Source: an uncultured Clostridia bacterium (GTDB taxonomy: Bacteria; Bacillota; Clostridia; Christensenellales; CAG-314). Taken from it: a stretch of DNA of 64,000 bases. Below the pieces are notes generated by a model that saw only the letters and a program-made list of their open reading frames with translations, had not been told where the DNA came from and searched no databases. This document shows positions 29,294 through 39,358 of the stretch, one piece after another (the first letter of the stretch is position 1; every line of letters starts with the position of its first letter). A program made the translations under genes and the position numbers. The stretch covers positions 14,982 to 78,981 of the forward strand of contig CANPXV010000006.1 of NCBI GenBank assembly GCA_947586855.1, written 5' to 3'.

Positions 29294-30355
29294 ATGGCAG
29301 AAAAAGTATCAGAGCTCATTTTCGATGAGCAAACGAAAACTTATTCCATGGACCCCGAGCAAGTAGTACGAGACGATGTGGAAAAGCATCATTGGCTAAA
29401 CACGGCCAAGACCATTCTCAAAGATTGGCGGCTGTACCTGATGCTTGTTCCCATGCTGTTTGTGTTTATTTGCTGGCGTTACCTGCCGATGTACGAACTG
29501 TTGGGGAGTTTCAAACTGTCCCAAACGGGCGTAGAAGTCAACGACCAACTTTATCTGGGATTTTCCAGCTTCAAAACTCTGTTGTTTGGCGGCACCGAGC
29601 TGTCCATGGAGTTTTGGCGCGCATTCCGCAACACATTTTTGCTTAGTTTTTACGGATTGTGCTTTGGCTTTCCCATGCCGATAATTTTGGCGTTGTTCTT
29701 CAACGAGATCAAGTCCAACATCATGCGCAGCACCTTCCAGGTGCTCACATACCTGCCCAAGTTTATGTCCACCGTTGTCATGACAACGTTGGTTACAATG
29801 TTGGTCAAGGAGAGCAACATCGTCTCCGGCATGGGCGTCATTTCGCAGGCGTTGCAAGCGATGGGCATCATCTCTCCCGAAGTGGCCGAGGCAGGCCTGC
29901 TCAAAAATCCCGACCTGTTCCGCACGATCTACCAGGTCAGCGGCATCTGGGAGGGCGCAGGTTACGACAGCATAGTGTATTTTGCGGCGGTGATAGCCAT
30001 CTCGCCCACCAGCTACGAGGCGGCGCAGATAGACGGCGCCGGCAAAATGGCGCAAATGAGATACGTGGTGCTGCCCAGCATTTTGTCCACAGTGGTCATC
30101 ATGCTCATCACTCGTATCGGCTCGCTGCTCAGCGTAGGCTATGAAAAAGTTTTGTTGTTGTACAACAGCAACACTTGGGTCACCGCAGACGTTGTGTCCA
30201 CCTTCTCATATCGCTACGGCGGCATGGGCGGGGGCGGTTCCAGCCAGCCCGGCTTGGCGTCCGCAGCGGAAATGATCAACAACCTGATAGGTATGGTGCT
30301 TGTCATCGGTGCCAATGCGATCGCCCGCAAGGCAAGCGACGTTTCGCTGTACTAA
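29294..30355 (+). CDS. carbohydrate ABC permease (LplB/YteP-like)
   Basis: 'FPMPIILALFFNE', 'YLPKFMS', EAA loop 'YEAAQIDGAG', 'GYEKVLLL'. Confidence 0.9.
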   Translation: MAEKVSELIFDEQTKTYSMDPEQVVRDDVEKHHWLNTAKTILKDWRLYLMLVPMLFVFICWRYLPMYELLGSFKLSQTGVEVNDQLYLGFSSFKTLLFGGTELSMEFWRAFRNTFLLSFYGLCFGFPMPIILALFFNEIKSNIMRSTFQVLTYLPKFMSTVVMTTLVTMLVKESNIVSGMGVISQALQAMGIISPEVAEAGLLKNPDLFRTIYQVSGIWEGAGYDSIVYFAAVIAISPTSYEAAQIDGAGKMAQMRYVVLPSILSTVVIMLITRIGSLLSVGYEKVLLLYNSNTWVTADVVSTFSYRYGGMGGGGSSQPGLASAAEMINNLIGMVLVIGANAIARKASDVSLY

Positions 30356-30367
30356 GGAGGATAAGAT

Positions 30368-31258
30368 ATGAAACGGAAATTAGCAGCATCCGAACTGATA
30401 TTCAAAATTCTGTCCTATCTGTTCCTTGGTATATTTGCGCTGATGTGCCTGTATCCCTTTGTATTTACGCTCAGCAGCTCCATCAGCAGCTCGGAGGCGG
30501 TGGACAGCAACCAAGTCATTTTGCTGCCCAAGGGCATACAGTTTGACGCATTCAAAACGATGTTCACCGACAACCTGTTCTGGAACGCCTACGCCAACAC
30601 GCTGTTTTTGACGGTGTTTGGTACCGTGTGGGCGTTGGGAGTGGCCATCCTTGGCGGATATGCGCTCTCCAAAAAGCGTTTGCTGTTCCGCAAGGGATTC
30701 AACTTCTTTCTGGTGTTTACCATGTGGTTCAGCGCAGGTATCGTCCCTCAATACCTCAACTATGTCAAGACAAGAGACATATTTAACAGCCTTGGCATAA
30801 TGGACGACAAGTGGTTGATCGTCATTGCCATGGGTATGGCCGCCATGAACATCATCTTGTTGCGCAACGCTTTCGAGGGAGTGCCCTCCGAAATCGAAGA
30901 GGCGGCAATAGTGGACGGCGCCACCGAAATGCAGGTGCTGACAAAGGTGTATATCCCCATGTCCAAGTCCACGATAGCCACTGTCACATTGTTCTTTGCA
31001 ATATCCCGTTGGAACGGCTACTTCTGGGCAAGACAAATGATACAAAACTCCAACGAGTATCCGTTGCAGGTGTTCATTCGTCTCAAATTGGAGGACTACA
31101 CCAACCTGGAATACCTTGCCGGTTGGAGCGAAAACTACTCGGCCAACTCGGCAATATACGCACTGATAATTTGCGCCGTGATACCCATCCTTATCATTTA
31201 CCCCTTCATCCAAAAGTACTTTGCCAAGGGCGTAAACATGGGCGGCGTCAAAGAATAG
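30368..31258 (+). CDS. carbohydrate ABC permease (LplC/YtcP-like)
   Basis: 'FTMWFSAGIVP', 'EEAAIVDGA', 'YPFIQKYFAKGVNMGGVKE'. Confidence 0.9.
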   Translation: MKRKLAASELIFKILSYLFLGIFALMCLYPFVFTLSSSISSSEAVDSNQVILLPKGIQFDAFKTMFTDNLFWNAYANTLFLTVFGTVWALGVAILGGYALSKKRLLFRKGFNFFLVFTMWFSAGIVPQYLNYVKTRDIFNSLGIMDDKWLIVIAMGMAAMNIILLRNAFEGVPSEIEEAAIVDGATEMQVLTKVYIPMSKSTIATVTLFFAISRWNGYFWARQMIQNSNEYPLQVFIRLKLEDYTNLEYLAGWSENYSANSAIYALIICAVIPILIIYPFIQKYFAKGVNMGGVKE

Positions 31259-31327
31259 TCAAATGGCAACACCCGCTTTTAGCGGTAAACAAAAAAATCA
31301 AAAAATATATTTTTTAGGAGGAAAAAC

Positions 31328-33640
31328 ATGAAAAAGAGCAAAATCATTTTGTCGGTTGTGCTCGCTCTCGTGTTGGTTTGCACGGCGCTTGTCGCTGTTG
31401 CCTGCCACAAGCATGAGTTTGGCGGCGAGTGGTATGCAGATGCCACAAGTCACTGGCAAAAAGCCACCTGTGAGCATACCGAAGAAATCGGCAACAAGGC
31501 TCCGCACAATTTCCAAAACGGACGTTGCACGGTTTGCGGTTACACACAGGATCTGAGCACTTTGCTGCCCTATGCCGAAAACACCGTTCTGCGCATTGCC
31601 GCAGGCTACAACAACGGTGACACGGGTATCACCTTCTCGGCAAGCAAGGCAGGCTCCGGCGTCAAACTGTCCGACGGCACTACCTACAACGAAGGCGACC
31701 TGAAACCCACTTGGAAACAAATTTCCGAAGATATGAAAATCAAGTTCGAGAACAAATACTCCGGAAAGAGCGCTTCCAACGAGTACGACTATTGGGTAAC
31801 GGCAGAAAACACCGCAGCTGTTGACATCATGTCCGGTACTGCCACCAAATTGCAGGAAGGCGGTGCACAAGGTTTGTTCATCAACCTTGTTGACTACCTT
31901 GACAAGATGCCCAACTTCCGTCAATATCTCCAAGACAACCCCATTGTTCGTTTGTCCGTAACGGGCAGCGTAACAGGTAGCAATGCAGGCGCAATCTATT
32001 TCAGCCCCTACTTTGACGGCGTTGACGACATCGAGCGTTTCCCGCTGGTTCGTGCCGATTTGGTGAGAACCCTTCTCGACGGAACAACGGATTATTCCGG
32101 TGCCAATCGTGCTGTTACTGTCGGCAAGTATCAACCCTACATGCCCACAACCGGCACTGTTGCGGTAGAATCTTTGACCGCTGACGGCAAAGGCACACAA
32201 ACAATCACCAAAGATTACAGCAAGTACGGCAACATCATACAAAAGATGAACGCCGAAACCAATCTTACAGGTAACAAGGCCGTTGCAATGTTCCGCGAGT
32301 ACATCGACAAGACCTATGGCGACACCTATGCAAAGCGTTCTGACCTGTTCCTCGGCTATGATGCTGCTTGGGATGCTGACGAACTTGTAGCTTTGCTGCG
32401 TTGCGCCGTTGCTTCTCTGAACGACAGCACAAACGAGCATAACCCCATTTCCGGTCTGTACAGCCGTGAGACGGAAAACACTCAACGCGAAGTTGACCTG
32501 TTCCGCTTTGCCGGCAGCCTGTTTGGTGTGCGCGGTATGGAATCTCGTCAGGACTATCTGTACTTTGACAAGGACGGCAAGCTCCATGACGCTCGTCAGG
32601 AAACAGACGCTTACGAAGCTGTTCTGCGCCTCAACGCCATGAAAGAGGAAGGTTTGGTTTCTGTTACCGGTTCCGTCAACAGCCAGGATCGTCTTGCAAG
32701 AGACGCCGGTATCGTTTCGTACGATTACAGCCAGACTCAAACAATCTACAATGACACAGAACTCAACGGCGGCAAAAACGCTGTGGATAAGAATCAAAAA
32801 GGCGAAGAGTACACCCCGATGATGGTGCCCGTAGCTCACTGGGACGACGGCACAGGCGCACAGTATTTCAGATTTACCGAGTCCTGGCGTTCCGTCAAGA
32901 CCGAAGGTTGGGCAATCTCCAAGGCCGGCGTTGGCAGCGATACCAACAAGCTCAATGCGGCCCTTGCTCTCATCGACTTTGCGTTCTCTGTTCAGGGTCA
33001 AATCACCATGTCCTATGGTTCTGACGACTTCATCAAGGTCAAAAATGCAGATGCAGTTGTCAACATCATGTCCGATATCCCCAACAAGTACGAGACATTC
33101 ACCTTCAACGGAGAAGAGTGGCCTGTGATTTCCGACGGTTGCGCAACAGACCTTGCAAACCTTGCAAGCGGCAACTACACCAACTTTGCTCGTTTCTATC
33201 TTGGATCCACGTTGAACGGCTTCCCCAAGAGCCAGGCGTTCGAGTATCAATGCACTCACGAAGTAGGTAAGGCAGGCGCAGGAAAAGTTTCCGCCGCTAT
33301 CGGACTTGGCACCGTCAAGCACCCCGTTCTCAGTGTAAACAGCGACAATATGTGGTATACGTCTGTTCCCACAACGTTGCCTCACACCACAACCGAGAAC
33401 ACCGCCATCAACAGCTACACCGAACTTGGCACAAGCAAGTGGAGCAGCTCTTCCGGCCAGAACATCAACGTGTTCATCGAGATCATCAAGCTCGGTTGGA
33501 GCAACACAGCTATCACAGCAACAAGTGCTCAGACGGCAGTGAACGTTGTAAAGACTGATTGGCACGGAACGCAATACCTGACTTACAAGCAAGCCGCTTG
33601 GGACAGACTGCTTCAATTCTACAACACTCTTAGCAAATAA
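31328..33640 (+). CDS. large extracellular solute-binding lipoprotein (770 aa), probable oligogalacturonide receptor
   Basis: Lipobox AVAC; SBP-like segments 'NLVDYLDKMPNFRQYL' and 'GWAISK'; directly follows the permeases; N-terminal His/Cys module. Confidence 0.75.
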   Translation: MKKSKIILSVVLALVLVCTALVAVACHKHEFGGEWYADATSHWQKATCEHTEEIGNKAPHNFQNGRCTVCGYTQDLSTLLPYAENTVLRIAAGYNNGDTGITFSASKAGSGVKLSDGTTYNEGDLKPTWKQISEDMKIKFENKYSGKSASNEYDYWVTAENTAAVDIMSGTATKLQEGGAQGLFINLVDYLDKMPNFRQYLQDNPIVRLSVTGSVTGSNAGAIYFSPYFDGVDDIERFPLVRADLVRTLLDGTTDYSGANRAVTVGKYQPYMPTTGTVAVESLTADGKGTQTITKDYSKYGNIIQKMNAETNLTGNKAVAMFREYIDKTYGDTYAKRSDLFLGYDAAWDADELVALLRCAVASLNDSTNEHNPISGLYSRETENTQREVDLFRFAGSLFGVRGMESRQDYLYFDKDGKLHDARQETDAYEAVLRLNAMKEEGLVSVTGSVNSQDRLARDAGIVSYDYSQTQTIYNDTELNGGKNAVDKNQKGEEYTPMMVPVAHWDDGTGAQYFRFTESWRSVKTEGWAISKAGVGSDTNKLNAALALIDFAFSVQGQITMSYGSDDFIKVKNADAVVNIMSDIPNKYETFTFNGEEWPVISDGCATDLANLASGNYTNFARFYLGSTLNGFPKSQAFEYQCTHEVGKAGAGKVSAAIGLGTVKHPVLSVNSDNMWYTSVPTTLPHTTTENTAINSYTELGTSKWSSSSGQNINVFIEIIKLGWSNTAITATSAQTAVNVVKTDWHGTQYLTYKQAAWDRLLQFYNTLSK

Positions 33641-33684
33641 CAAAATCGATTGCAGCAGTGCAACAAACTGCAAACAATTTGTTC

Positions 33685-33709
33685 CTCGGGGAGGCGTCCC
33701 CTCCCCGAG
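33685..33709 (+). other. GC-rich stem-loop after the SBP gene (probable mRNA stabiliser or partial terminator)
   Basis: CTCGGGGAGG-cgtcc-CCTCCCCGAG with no U-tract. Confidence 0.6.
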
Positions 33710-33764
33710 AGGGCAAATTACAAAACAATTCCGTCACTTGTGACAGAACGGAGGACTGAAAACT

Positions 33765-34457
33765 ATGTTTAAGTCGCAGATGAGATTTCAAAAAATCCTT
33801 TGCTTGGCATGCCTCATATTGTCGGCATTGCTGTTTGTGTACGCAATAGGATTTGTCACCCCGATTTACGATCAGTATTTCCTCACCATGGACAGAGAAC
33901 TCGGCGAAGACTATGCCCGTGTGGAGGGCGCTCAGATCTTTTGGGAGTTGGAAACGTTGACCAGCTACGAAGTGCGGGACGTTTTTGACAGCAACAATAA
34001 CTGGGTGGGCACCGAAAATGTCAAGGTGCGAGAGATTGGGCTGATCGATCAGATGTTGGGCGTTGCCATTGCAGATATATGTGTAGCGATTTTGTTATTT
34101 GTTTTCAACACCCACAAGCGCAGAAAGTACTACATCGGCAATTATATCGCCACCGGGGTATATGCAGCTTACAATGTCGCCATTGCCGCCTGGATAATCG
34201 CTCGCCTCAACTACTTTATCAAGGGCTTTGCAAAGGTCAACCTCGAACAGCTCAAAGCGTTTTGCGAAGAGCAAAACATCGCCTATCGCCCGCAAGCCAC
34301 AACCAACATTTTGTATGTGGGCATTGCGCTGTGCGTTGTTTTGATGCTGGCCGCTGTGGCAGTGGTGCTCAACTTACTTTGGAAATTACAGCTTCAAAAG
34401 CGTGAAAATAAACTGTTGCAACAAAACCAAGCAGAGGAGGTGGCAGTCAATGGCTAA
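33765..34457 (+). CDS. membrane protein of unknown function (about 4 TM)
   Basis: GGAGG RBS; hydrophobic helices; overlaps the next gene. Confidence 0.8.
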   Translation: MFKSQMRFQKILCLACLILSALLFVYAIGFVTPIYDQYFLTMDRELGEDYARVEGAQIFWELETLTSYEVRDVFDSNNNWVGTENVKVREIGLIDQMLGVAIADICVAILLFVFNTHKRRKYYIGNYIATGVYAAYNVAIAAWIIARLNYFIKGFAKVNLEQLKAFCEEQNIAYRPQATTNILYVGIALCVVLMLAAVAVVLNLLWKLQLQKRENKLLQQNQAEEVAVNG

Positions 34458-35088
34458 CACATTCGAACGCACTCAGTACGAGCAGGAAGTGACAGAGGAG
34501 GCCACCGACAAGGTAGTTTCCGTCAAGGATACCGTGCAGGAGACTGTCGAGCATGCGTCGCAGTCCGACGTGGCCGAGGTGCAACGCCCGCTGATGGACA
34601 AGGACGAGGAGCGCAAAATCCGTCAGGACAGGATGCGCTTTGTCACCAACAAACTTTCCAGCGGTCTGGCGATACTTGCAATATTGCTAAACGTGTTCTA
34701 CTTTGTAAGTATCTATCGCTCCAACGCCAACTTCTACTATTCCATCGACATCGGCATATCCGTGTTGCTCAATCTGCTGTTTATGCTTGCGGTGTTTCTT
34801 TGCTCCGAAGGCGTCAAAAACTACAACAAAAGCTACTCTATCGCCCTGATAGTGATTGGTGTGATAGAGTTGGCGCGGATATTCTTTTTGCCCCTTTCGG
34901 CGCACAATGCAACGGTAACGGACGCAGCGGGCGTCACCAGCAAGATCATGTCCGACGCACAATTTGCTCGCGTCACGATCTATCTTGCATGCGCCGCAGC
35001 ATTGCTGCTTGCCTCCGGCATAATCGGCGTCATTCGCAGCGTCAAGCTTGCCGCCTACAAAAAAACTCTGGACGAAAAACCCGCATAA
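34450..35088 (+). CDS. membrane protein of unknown function (about 4 TM)
   Basis: GGAGG RBS before ATG 34450; acidic N-terminal tail followed by 4 TM segments. Confidence 0.8.
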   Translation: MANTFERTQYEQEVTEEATDKVVSVKDTVQETVEHASQSDVAEVQRPLMDKDEERKIRQDRMRFVTNKLSSGLAILAILLNVFYFVSIYRSNANFYYSIDIGISVLLNLLFMLAVFLCSEGVKNYNKSYSIALIVIGVIELARIFFLPLSAHNATVTDAAGVTSKIMSDAQFARVTIYLACAAALLLASGIIGVIRSVKLAAYKKTLDEKPA

Positions 35089-35097
35089 GGAGAAGTT

Positions 35098-36156
35098 ATG
35101 GCAGAACTAAGTTTACAACATCTTGACAAAATCTACGACAACAAGGTGCAAGCCGTATACGACTTCAATCTTGACGTAAAGGACGGCGAGTTTATCGTTT
35201 TGGTTGGACCCTCCGGTTGCGGCAAATCCACAACGCTGCGCATGGTGGCAGGGTTGGAGGATATCTCCAACGGCACCCTCATCATCGACGGCAAGGACGT
35301 GACCCGCATGCCCCCCAAAGACAGGGACATAGCGATGGTGTTCCAGAACTACGCCCTCTACGGCCACATGACCATCTACGAAAATATGGCATTCAGCCTG
35401 GTGCTGCGCAAGGAAAACAAAAACGTCATCCACCAAAAGGTGATGGCCGCAGCGGAAATTTTGGGATTGACCGAGCAGCTCAACAAAAAGCCCAAGCAAC
35501 TATCCGGCGGACAGCGCCAACGTGTGGCAATGGGCCGTGCGATAGTGCGCAACCCCAAGGTGTTTTTGTTTGACGAGCCCCTTTCCAACCTGGACGCCAA
35601 GTTGAGGGGCGCAATGCGCCGAGAAATCATGTTGCTGCACAAGCGTTTGGGCGCAACCATGCTGTACGTTACGCACGACCAGACCGAGGCGCTCACCTTG
35701 GCCGACCGCATTGTGTGCATGTCCATGGGACACGTCCAGCAAATCGGCACCCCGTTGGAGCTGTACGACACCCCGGCCAACCTGTTTGTGGCCAGCTTTA
35801 TCGGCCTGCCCCCGATGAATTTGTTTGATGTGGATGTGCAGCGAGATCGCTTGGTGGGCGACAGCTTTGTCTATCCCCTCAATGCCGAGCAGCAACGCCT
35901 GCTGGCGGACTACAACGGCAAAAAGATTGTGCTGGGCGTTCGTCCCGAGCACATTGTGGAGGGTGGCGAGACGGTGCTGAACGTCACCAACAACGAAAAT
36001 CTCGGCCAAAACACTCTTGTTCACGGGCACATCGGCGGCAAATCCGTTGTTGCCAAGATACGGGATTGGTGCCACTACAAGTACGGCGACAAGGTGAATG
36101 TCAGTTTCAGCACTGTGCATTTCTTCGATAAAGAAACGGAAAACGCCATCAGGTAA
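35098..36156 (+). CDS. carbohydrate ABC ATPase (MalK/MsmX family)
   Basis: GPSGCGKST, LSGGQRQR, FDEPLSNLDAK, YVTHDQ. Confidence 0.92.
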   Translation: MAELSLQHLDKIYDNKVQAVYDFNLDVKDGEFIVLVGPSGCGKSTTLRMVAGLEDISNGTLIIDGKDVTRMPPKDRDIAMVFQNYALYGHMTIYENMAFSLVLRKENKNVIHQKVMAAAEILGLTEQLNKKPKQLSGGQRQRVAMGRAIVRNPKVFLFDEPLSNLDAKLRGAMRREIMLLHKRLGATMLYVTHDQTEALTLADRIVCMSMGHVQQIGTPLELYDTPANLFVASFIGLPPMNLFDVDVQRDRLVGDSFVYPLNAEQQRLLADYNGKKIVLGVRPEHIVEGGETVLNVTNNENLGQNTLVHGHIGGKSVVAKIRDWCHYKYGDKVNVSFSTVHFFDKETENAIR

Positions 36157-36167
36157 GGAGAGCAACT

Positions 36168-36818
36168 ATGGATAACCTCGAAACAACCGCAACGGAAGCC
36201 GTGCAAGAGACGGCCGCCCCCGTTGAAAAGAAAAAAACATCAGCCAAGGAGTTTTTTGTGAGACTTGGCGCCGGCACCCGCGAGTTTTTCCGCAAGATAA
36301 TGGTGTCGTTGAAGCGCCGTCCGCACAACGTTGCACTGTGCATGCTTCTGATAAGTTTCATCGTGTACTCGTTTGCGCTGTCCAGCATGTCCAAAACTAC
36401 GGCTTTGATACAAGGCTCCGGCATGGGATTGTTTGAATTTGCCATCATGCTGTTCTCTCTGTTGTCGCTGGTGTGTTTCCTCAATGCCTTCCCCAAGAGG
36501 GCAAAGGTCAAGATCGTATTTTTGGTGCTGCTGTTTGCAATGCTTGCGCTGGTGTTGGTGTGCGACATCATGTACTTTGTCCGCATCAACGAGGCGCTCA
36601 CCCGCACCAACAATCCCATCGTGCTGCCCTCGGACGGATCCCGCGACTACGTGCTAAAAGCCAAGACTATCTCGCTGGTGCACATCGTGTTGTTGGGCAT
36701 TTCGATAGCGCTCACCGCAACTATCCCCCTGTACGGCAAGCTGTTCCAAAAGGTCAAAACAAGCATCGAGTTGGAGTACACCGAGGCAGAGGACGCCGTG
36801 GAGCTTGCGGAGGACTGA
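36168..36818 (+). CDS. membrane protein of unknown function (about 4 TM)
   Basis: AAGGAG RBS; amphipathic N-terminal helix followed by 4 TM segments. Confidence 0.8.
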   Translation: MDNLETTATEAVQETAAPVEKKKTSAKEFFVRLGAGTREFFRKIMVSLKRRPHNVALCMLLISFIVYSFALSSMSKTTALIQGSGMGLFEFAIMLFSLLSLVCFLNAFPKRAKVKIVFLVLLFAMLALVLVCDIMYFVRINEALTRTNNPIVLPSDGSRDYVLKAKTISLVHIVLLGISIALTATIPLYGKLFQKVKTSIELEYTEAEDAVELAED

Positions 36819-36870
36819 TTTTCAGCCAACAATTTCAGCCGTCAAATCGGTTTTCTCCTCAATACAAAAT

Positions 36871-36903
36871 GCAACAGACACGTTTTTGCGTCTGTTGCTT
36901 TTT
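36871..36903 (+). terminator. intrinsic terminator of the pectin ABC operon
   Basis: GCAACAGAC...GTCTGTTGC followed by TTTTT. Confidence 0.7.
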
Positions 36904-36934
36904 GCAAAATAGAGGCTGATGGTTGCGTCGCCGC

Positions 36935-36963
36935 TTGCCAATCGCCGCAATATACTGTATAAT
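36935..36963 (+). promoter_or_regulatory. promoter of the membrane protein-GH28-GH105 operon, predicting a leaderless mRNA
   Basis: TTGCCA 36935-40, 17 bp, TATAAT 36958-63, 6 nt, then ATG 36970. Confidence 0.65.
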
Positions 36964-36969
36964 AAGGAT

Positions 36970-37776
36970 ATGTCAAAGAAATCCAAACAAAAGCAAAAGT
37001 TCATCTACGAAAAGGACCTGGACAACTACTACGAGCTGCACAACGACGCCGTGGATCGTCTGGTGGACGCCGACGAGGACAACGTGCCCGAAGTGGGCGA
37101 GGCCGAGCTGAAACAGTACAAATCCAGCAAATTGTCCAAGATCCCCATGTGGATACGGGCGCTGTTTATCAAATTTTGGTTCAATGGCGCAGTGTGTTTC
37201 TTCTTCCTGTGGGGATTGTCGCTGTTTTTGCAAAACGTCTGGGATCAGATATTGGTGGTGGGCTTTGCCATGGGCGTGGTTACCGACCTGTTGGTCAACA
37301 ACGTGTTCCGCTTTCTCGCCGACGAGCCCAACGCCAACAACAAATGGATGATGATCCCGCAAAAGCGTTTCTGGACCATTTTTGTCAACATCATCTACGC
37401 CTATGCGGTGCTGTCGTTGGTGGTGCTTACCTATCAGGGTATCAACTTGCTGATAACGGGCGGCACTCTGGACGAATACAACTTCGGCAACTTTTTGGGA
37501 GTGGAGCCGTTTTTGTTCGGCTTGTTCTACCTGCTGTTCGATATGCTGTTCATCGGTATCAAGGACGGCATTGTCGAGGCCGTGCGCAAGGTGAAGGAGG
37601 CTCGCACCCTCAAAAAGCAGCAAACTGCCGCTGCCGAAGGCTCGCCAGATGACGCCGCTGCCGAAGCGCAAATGCCTTTTGACGAAACCGCCGAGCCTGC
37701 GCCCCCGCAAACGGTGACCATTGTGCAGCAAGTGGTGCACACCTCATCCAAAAAGAAACATAAAAAGAAAAAATAA
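36970..37776 (+). CDS. membrane protein of unknown function (about 4 TM, Lys-rich C-terminal tail)
   Basis: 'KFWFNGAVCFFFLWGL', 'GVEPFLFG'; C-terminus SSKKKHKKKK. Confidence 0.8.
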   Translation: MSKKSKQKQKFIYEKDLDNYYELHNDAVDRLVDADEDNVPEVGEAELKQYKSSKLSKIPMWIRALFIKFWFNGAVCFFFLWGLSLFLQNVWDQILVVGFAMGVVTDLLVNNVFRFLADEPNANNKWMMIPQKRFWTIFVNIIYAYAVLSLVVLTYQGINLLITGGTLDEYNFGNFLGVEPFLFGLFYLLFDMLFIGIKDGIVEAVRKVKEARTLKKQQTAAAEGSPDDAAAEAQMPFDETAEPAPPQTVTIVQQVVHTSSKKKHKKKK

Positions 37777-37795
37777 CACTCTACGGTAAAACTCT

Positions 37796-39358
37796 ATGAT
37801 AAAACTTGTATTTGTCAGCTCCACAACAGCCTGCTTCGAGTGGCAAAACAGCCGCCCCTACTACACCGAGCGCAGCTACGAGGTCATTCTGAACGGCGTG
37901 CCTCAATTTTCGGCCAACACCAATGTGTTCAGTTTGTTCAACCTCAAACCTGCCACGCAGTATGTGGTGGAAATCAACGACACGGCGATCAAGCTGCAAT
38001 TTGAGACCCCCGCCGAGACGTGCTGTCTGGACGTGGCCGACTTCGGCGCCAAGGGAGACGGCGTAACGGACGACACGCACGCCATACAAAACGCCATACA
38101 CTGCCTGCCCAAGAGGGGGAGGCTGCTGTTCCGCAAGGGCACCTATCTTGTTTCGCCCATCTGCCTCAAAAGCGAAATCACATTGGAGCTGTGCGCCGAC
38201 GCCACCCTTGTGGGCCGCACCGAGCGGGATAGCTATCCGCTGATTCCCGGCGAGATACGTGATGTGGAGACGGGCGAAATGCACCAGATCGGCGCCTGGG
38301 AGGGCGAACCTACCACCATGCACCAATCGCTTGTTTTCGGAGAGCATCTGCACGACGTGTATGTGGTGGGACAAGGCTCCATCGACGGCAACGCACAAAA
38401 CTCCGATTGGTGGATAGACGTTAAAAACCAGCCCTACGGTCGTCCCCGTCTGGTGTTTCTCAACCGTTGCACCAACGTGTATTTTCACGGAATCACGGGC
38501 AAAAACAGCGCCTCGTGGCAGTTTCATCCCTATTTTTGCACCAACGTAAATTTCTACGGGGTAAGCGTGCTTGCGCCCAAGGATAGCCCCAACACCGACG
38601 CCATCGACCCCGAAAGCTGCGACAACGTGCACATTGTGGGTTGCCGCCTCAGCGTGGGCGACGATTGTATCGGTATCAAGTCCGGCAAGATGTATCTGGG
38701 ACAAAAATACAAAACGCCCGCCAATCACCACACAATACGCAACTGCTACATGCGCTACGGCCACGGCGCCATAACGTTGGGCAGCGAAAACGCCGGCGGC
38801 GTGCAAAATCTCACCGTCAACCGCTGTATTTTTGACAGTACCGACAGGGGCCTGCGTATCAAAACCCGCAGGGGACGGGGCAAGTACGCCGTCATCGACG
38901 GCATCACCTTCGAAAACATCTACATGAACCATGTGCTGACGCCCATTGTCATCAACATGTGGTACAATTGCTGCGATCCCGACAGATACTCCGAGTACAA
39001 CACCACCCGAGAAAAGCTGCCCGTAGACGACCGCACGCCCCACTTGGGACGTTTCCACTTCAAGGATATGGTGTGCGACAATTGTCACGTTGCCGCCTGC
39101 TACTGCGACGGCCTGCCCGAGCAGCCCATCGACGAGATTGTCATCGAAAACATCAAGTTCAACTATTCGGTCAATGCAACTCACGGCGGCGTGCCCGCCA
39201 TGCAAAACAACCCCAAGGTGCTGTGCCGTGCGGGGATGTACTTCGACAACGTATCTCGGCTGCGCATACGCAACGTGCAGCTGGACGGCGTCAAGGGCGA
39301 CGCAGTTGTCAAAAACAACGTCGCCGACTACAAGGAGGAGCAATGTACGAGCAAATAG
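37796..39358 (+). CDS. GH28 (exo-)polygalacturonase with an N-terminal FN3-like domain, no signal peptide
   Basis: GH28 motifs NTD, GDDC, GHG, RIK; 'DFGAKGDGVTDDT'. Confidence 0.93.
   Translation: MIKLVFVSSTTACFEWQNSRPYYTERSYEVILNGVPQFSANTNVFSLFNLKPATQYVVEINDTAIKLQFETPAETCCLDVADFGAKGDGVTDDTHAIQNAIHCLPKRGRLLFRKGTYLVSPICLKSEITLELCADATLVGRTERDSYPLIPGEIRDVETGEMHQIGAWEGEPTTMHQSLVFGEHLHDVYVVGQGSIDGNAQNSDWWIDVKNQPYGRPRLVFLNRCTNVYFHGITGKNSASWQFHPYFCTNVNFYGVSVLAPKDSPNTDAIDPESCDNVHIVGCRLSVGDDCIGIKSGKMYLGQKYKTPANHHTIRNCYMRYGHGAITLGSENAGGVQNLTVNRCIFDSTDRGLRIKTRRGRGKYAVIDGITFENIYMNHVLTPIVINMWYNCCDPDRYSEYNTTREKLPVDDRTPHLGRFHFKDMVCDNCHVAACYCDGLPEQPIDEIVIENIKFNYSVNATHGGVPAMQNNPKVLCRAGMYFDNVSRLRIRNVQLDGVKGDAVVKNNVADYKEEQCTSK

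Noticed and set aside
31328-33640. Lower-GC codon usage in the SBP gene as evidence of horizontal transfer
   Set aside because: The preference for GGT/GCT/GTT/CGT codons is equally consistent with high expression, and there are no mobility signatures.
38959-39342. N-terminal extensions given by the ORF track (GH105, uxaB 22869, uxaC 25853, permease 59866, LacI 46077)
   Set aside because: They overlap upstream genes or promoters; downstream ATGs with good SD sequences match the family N-termini.
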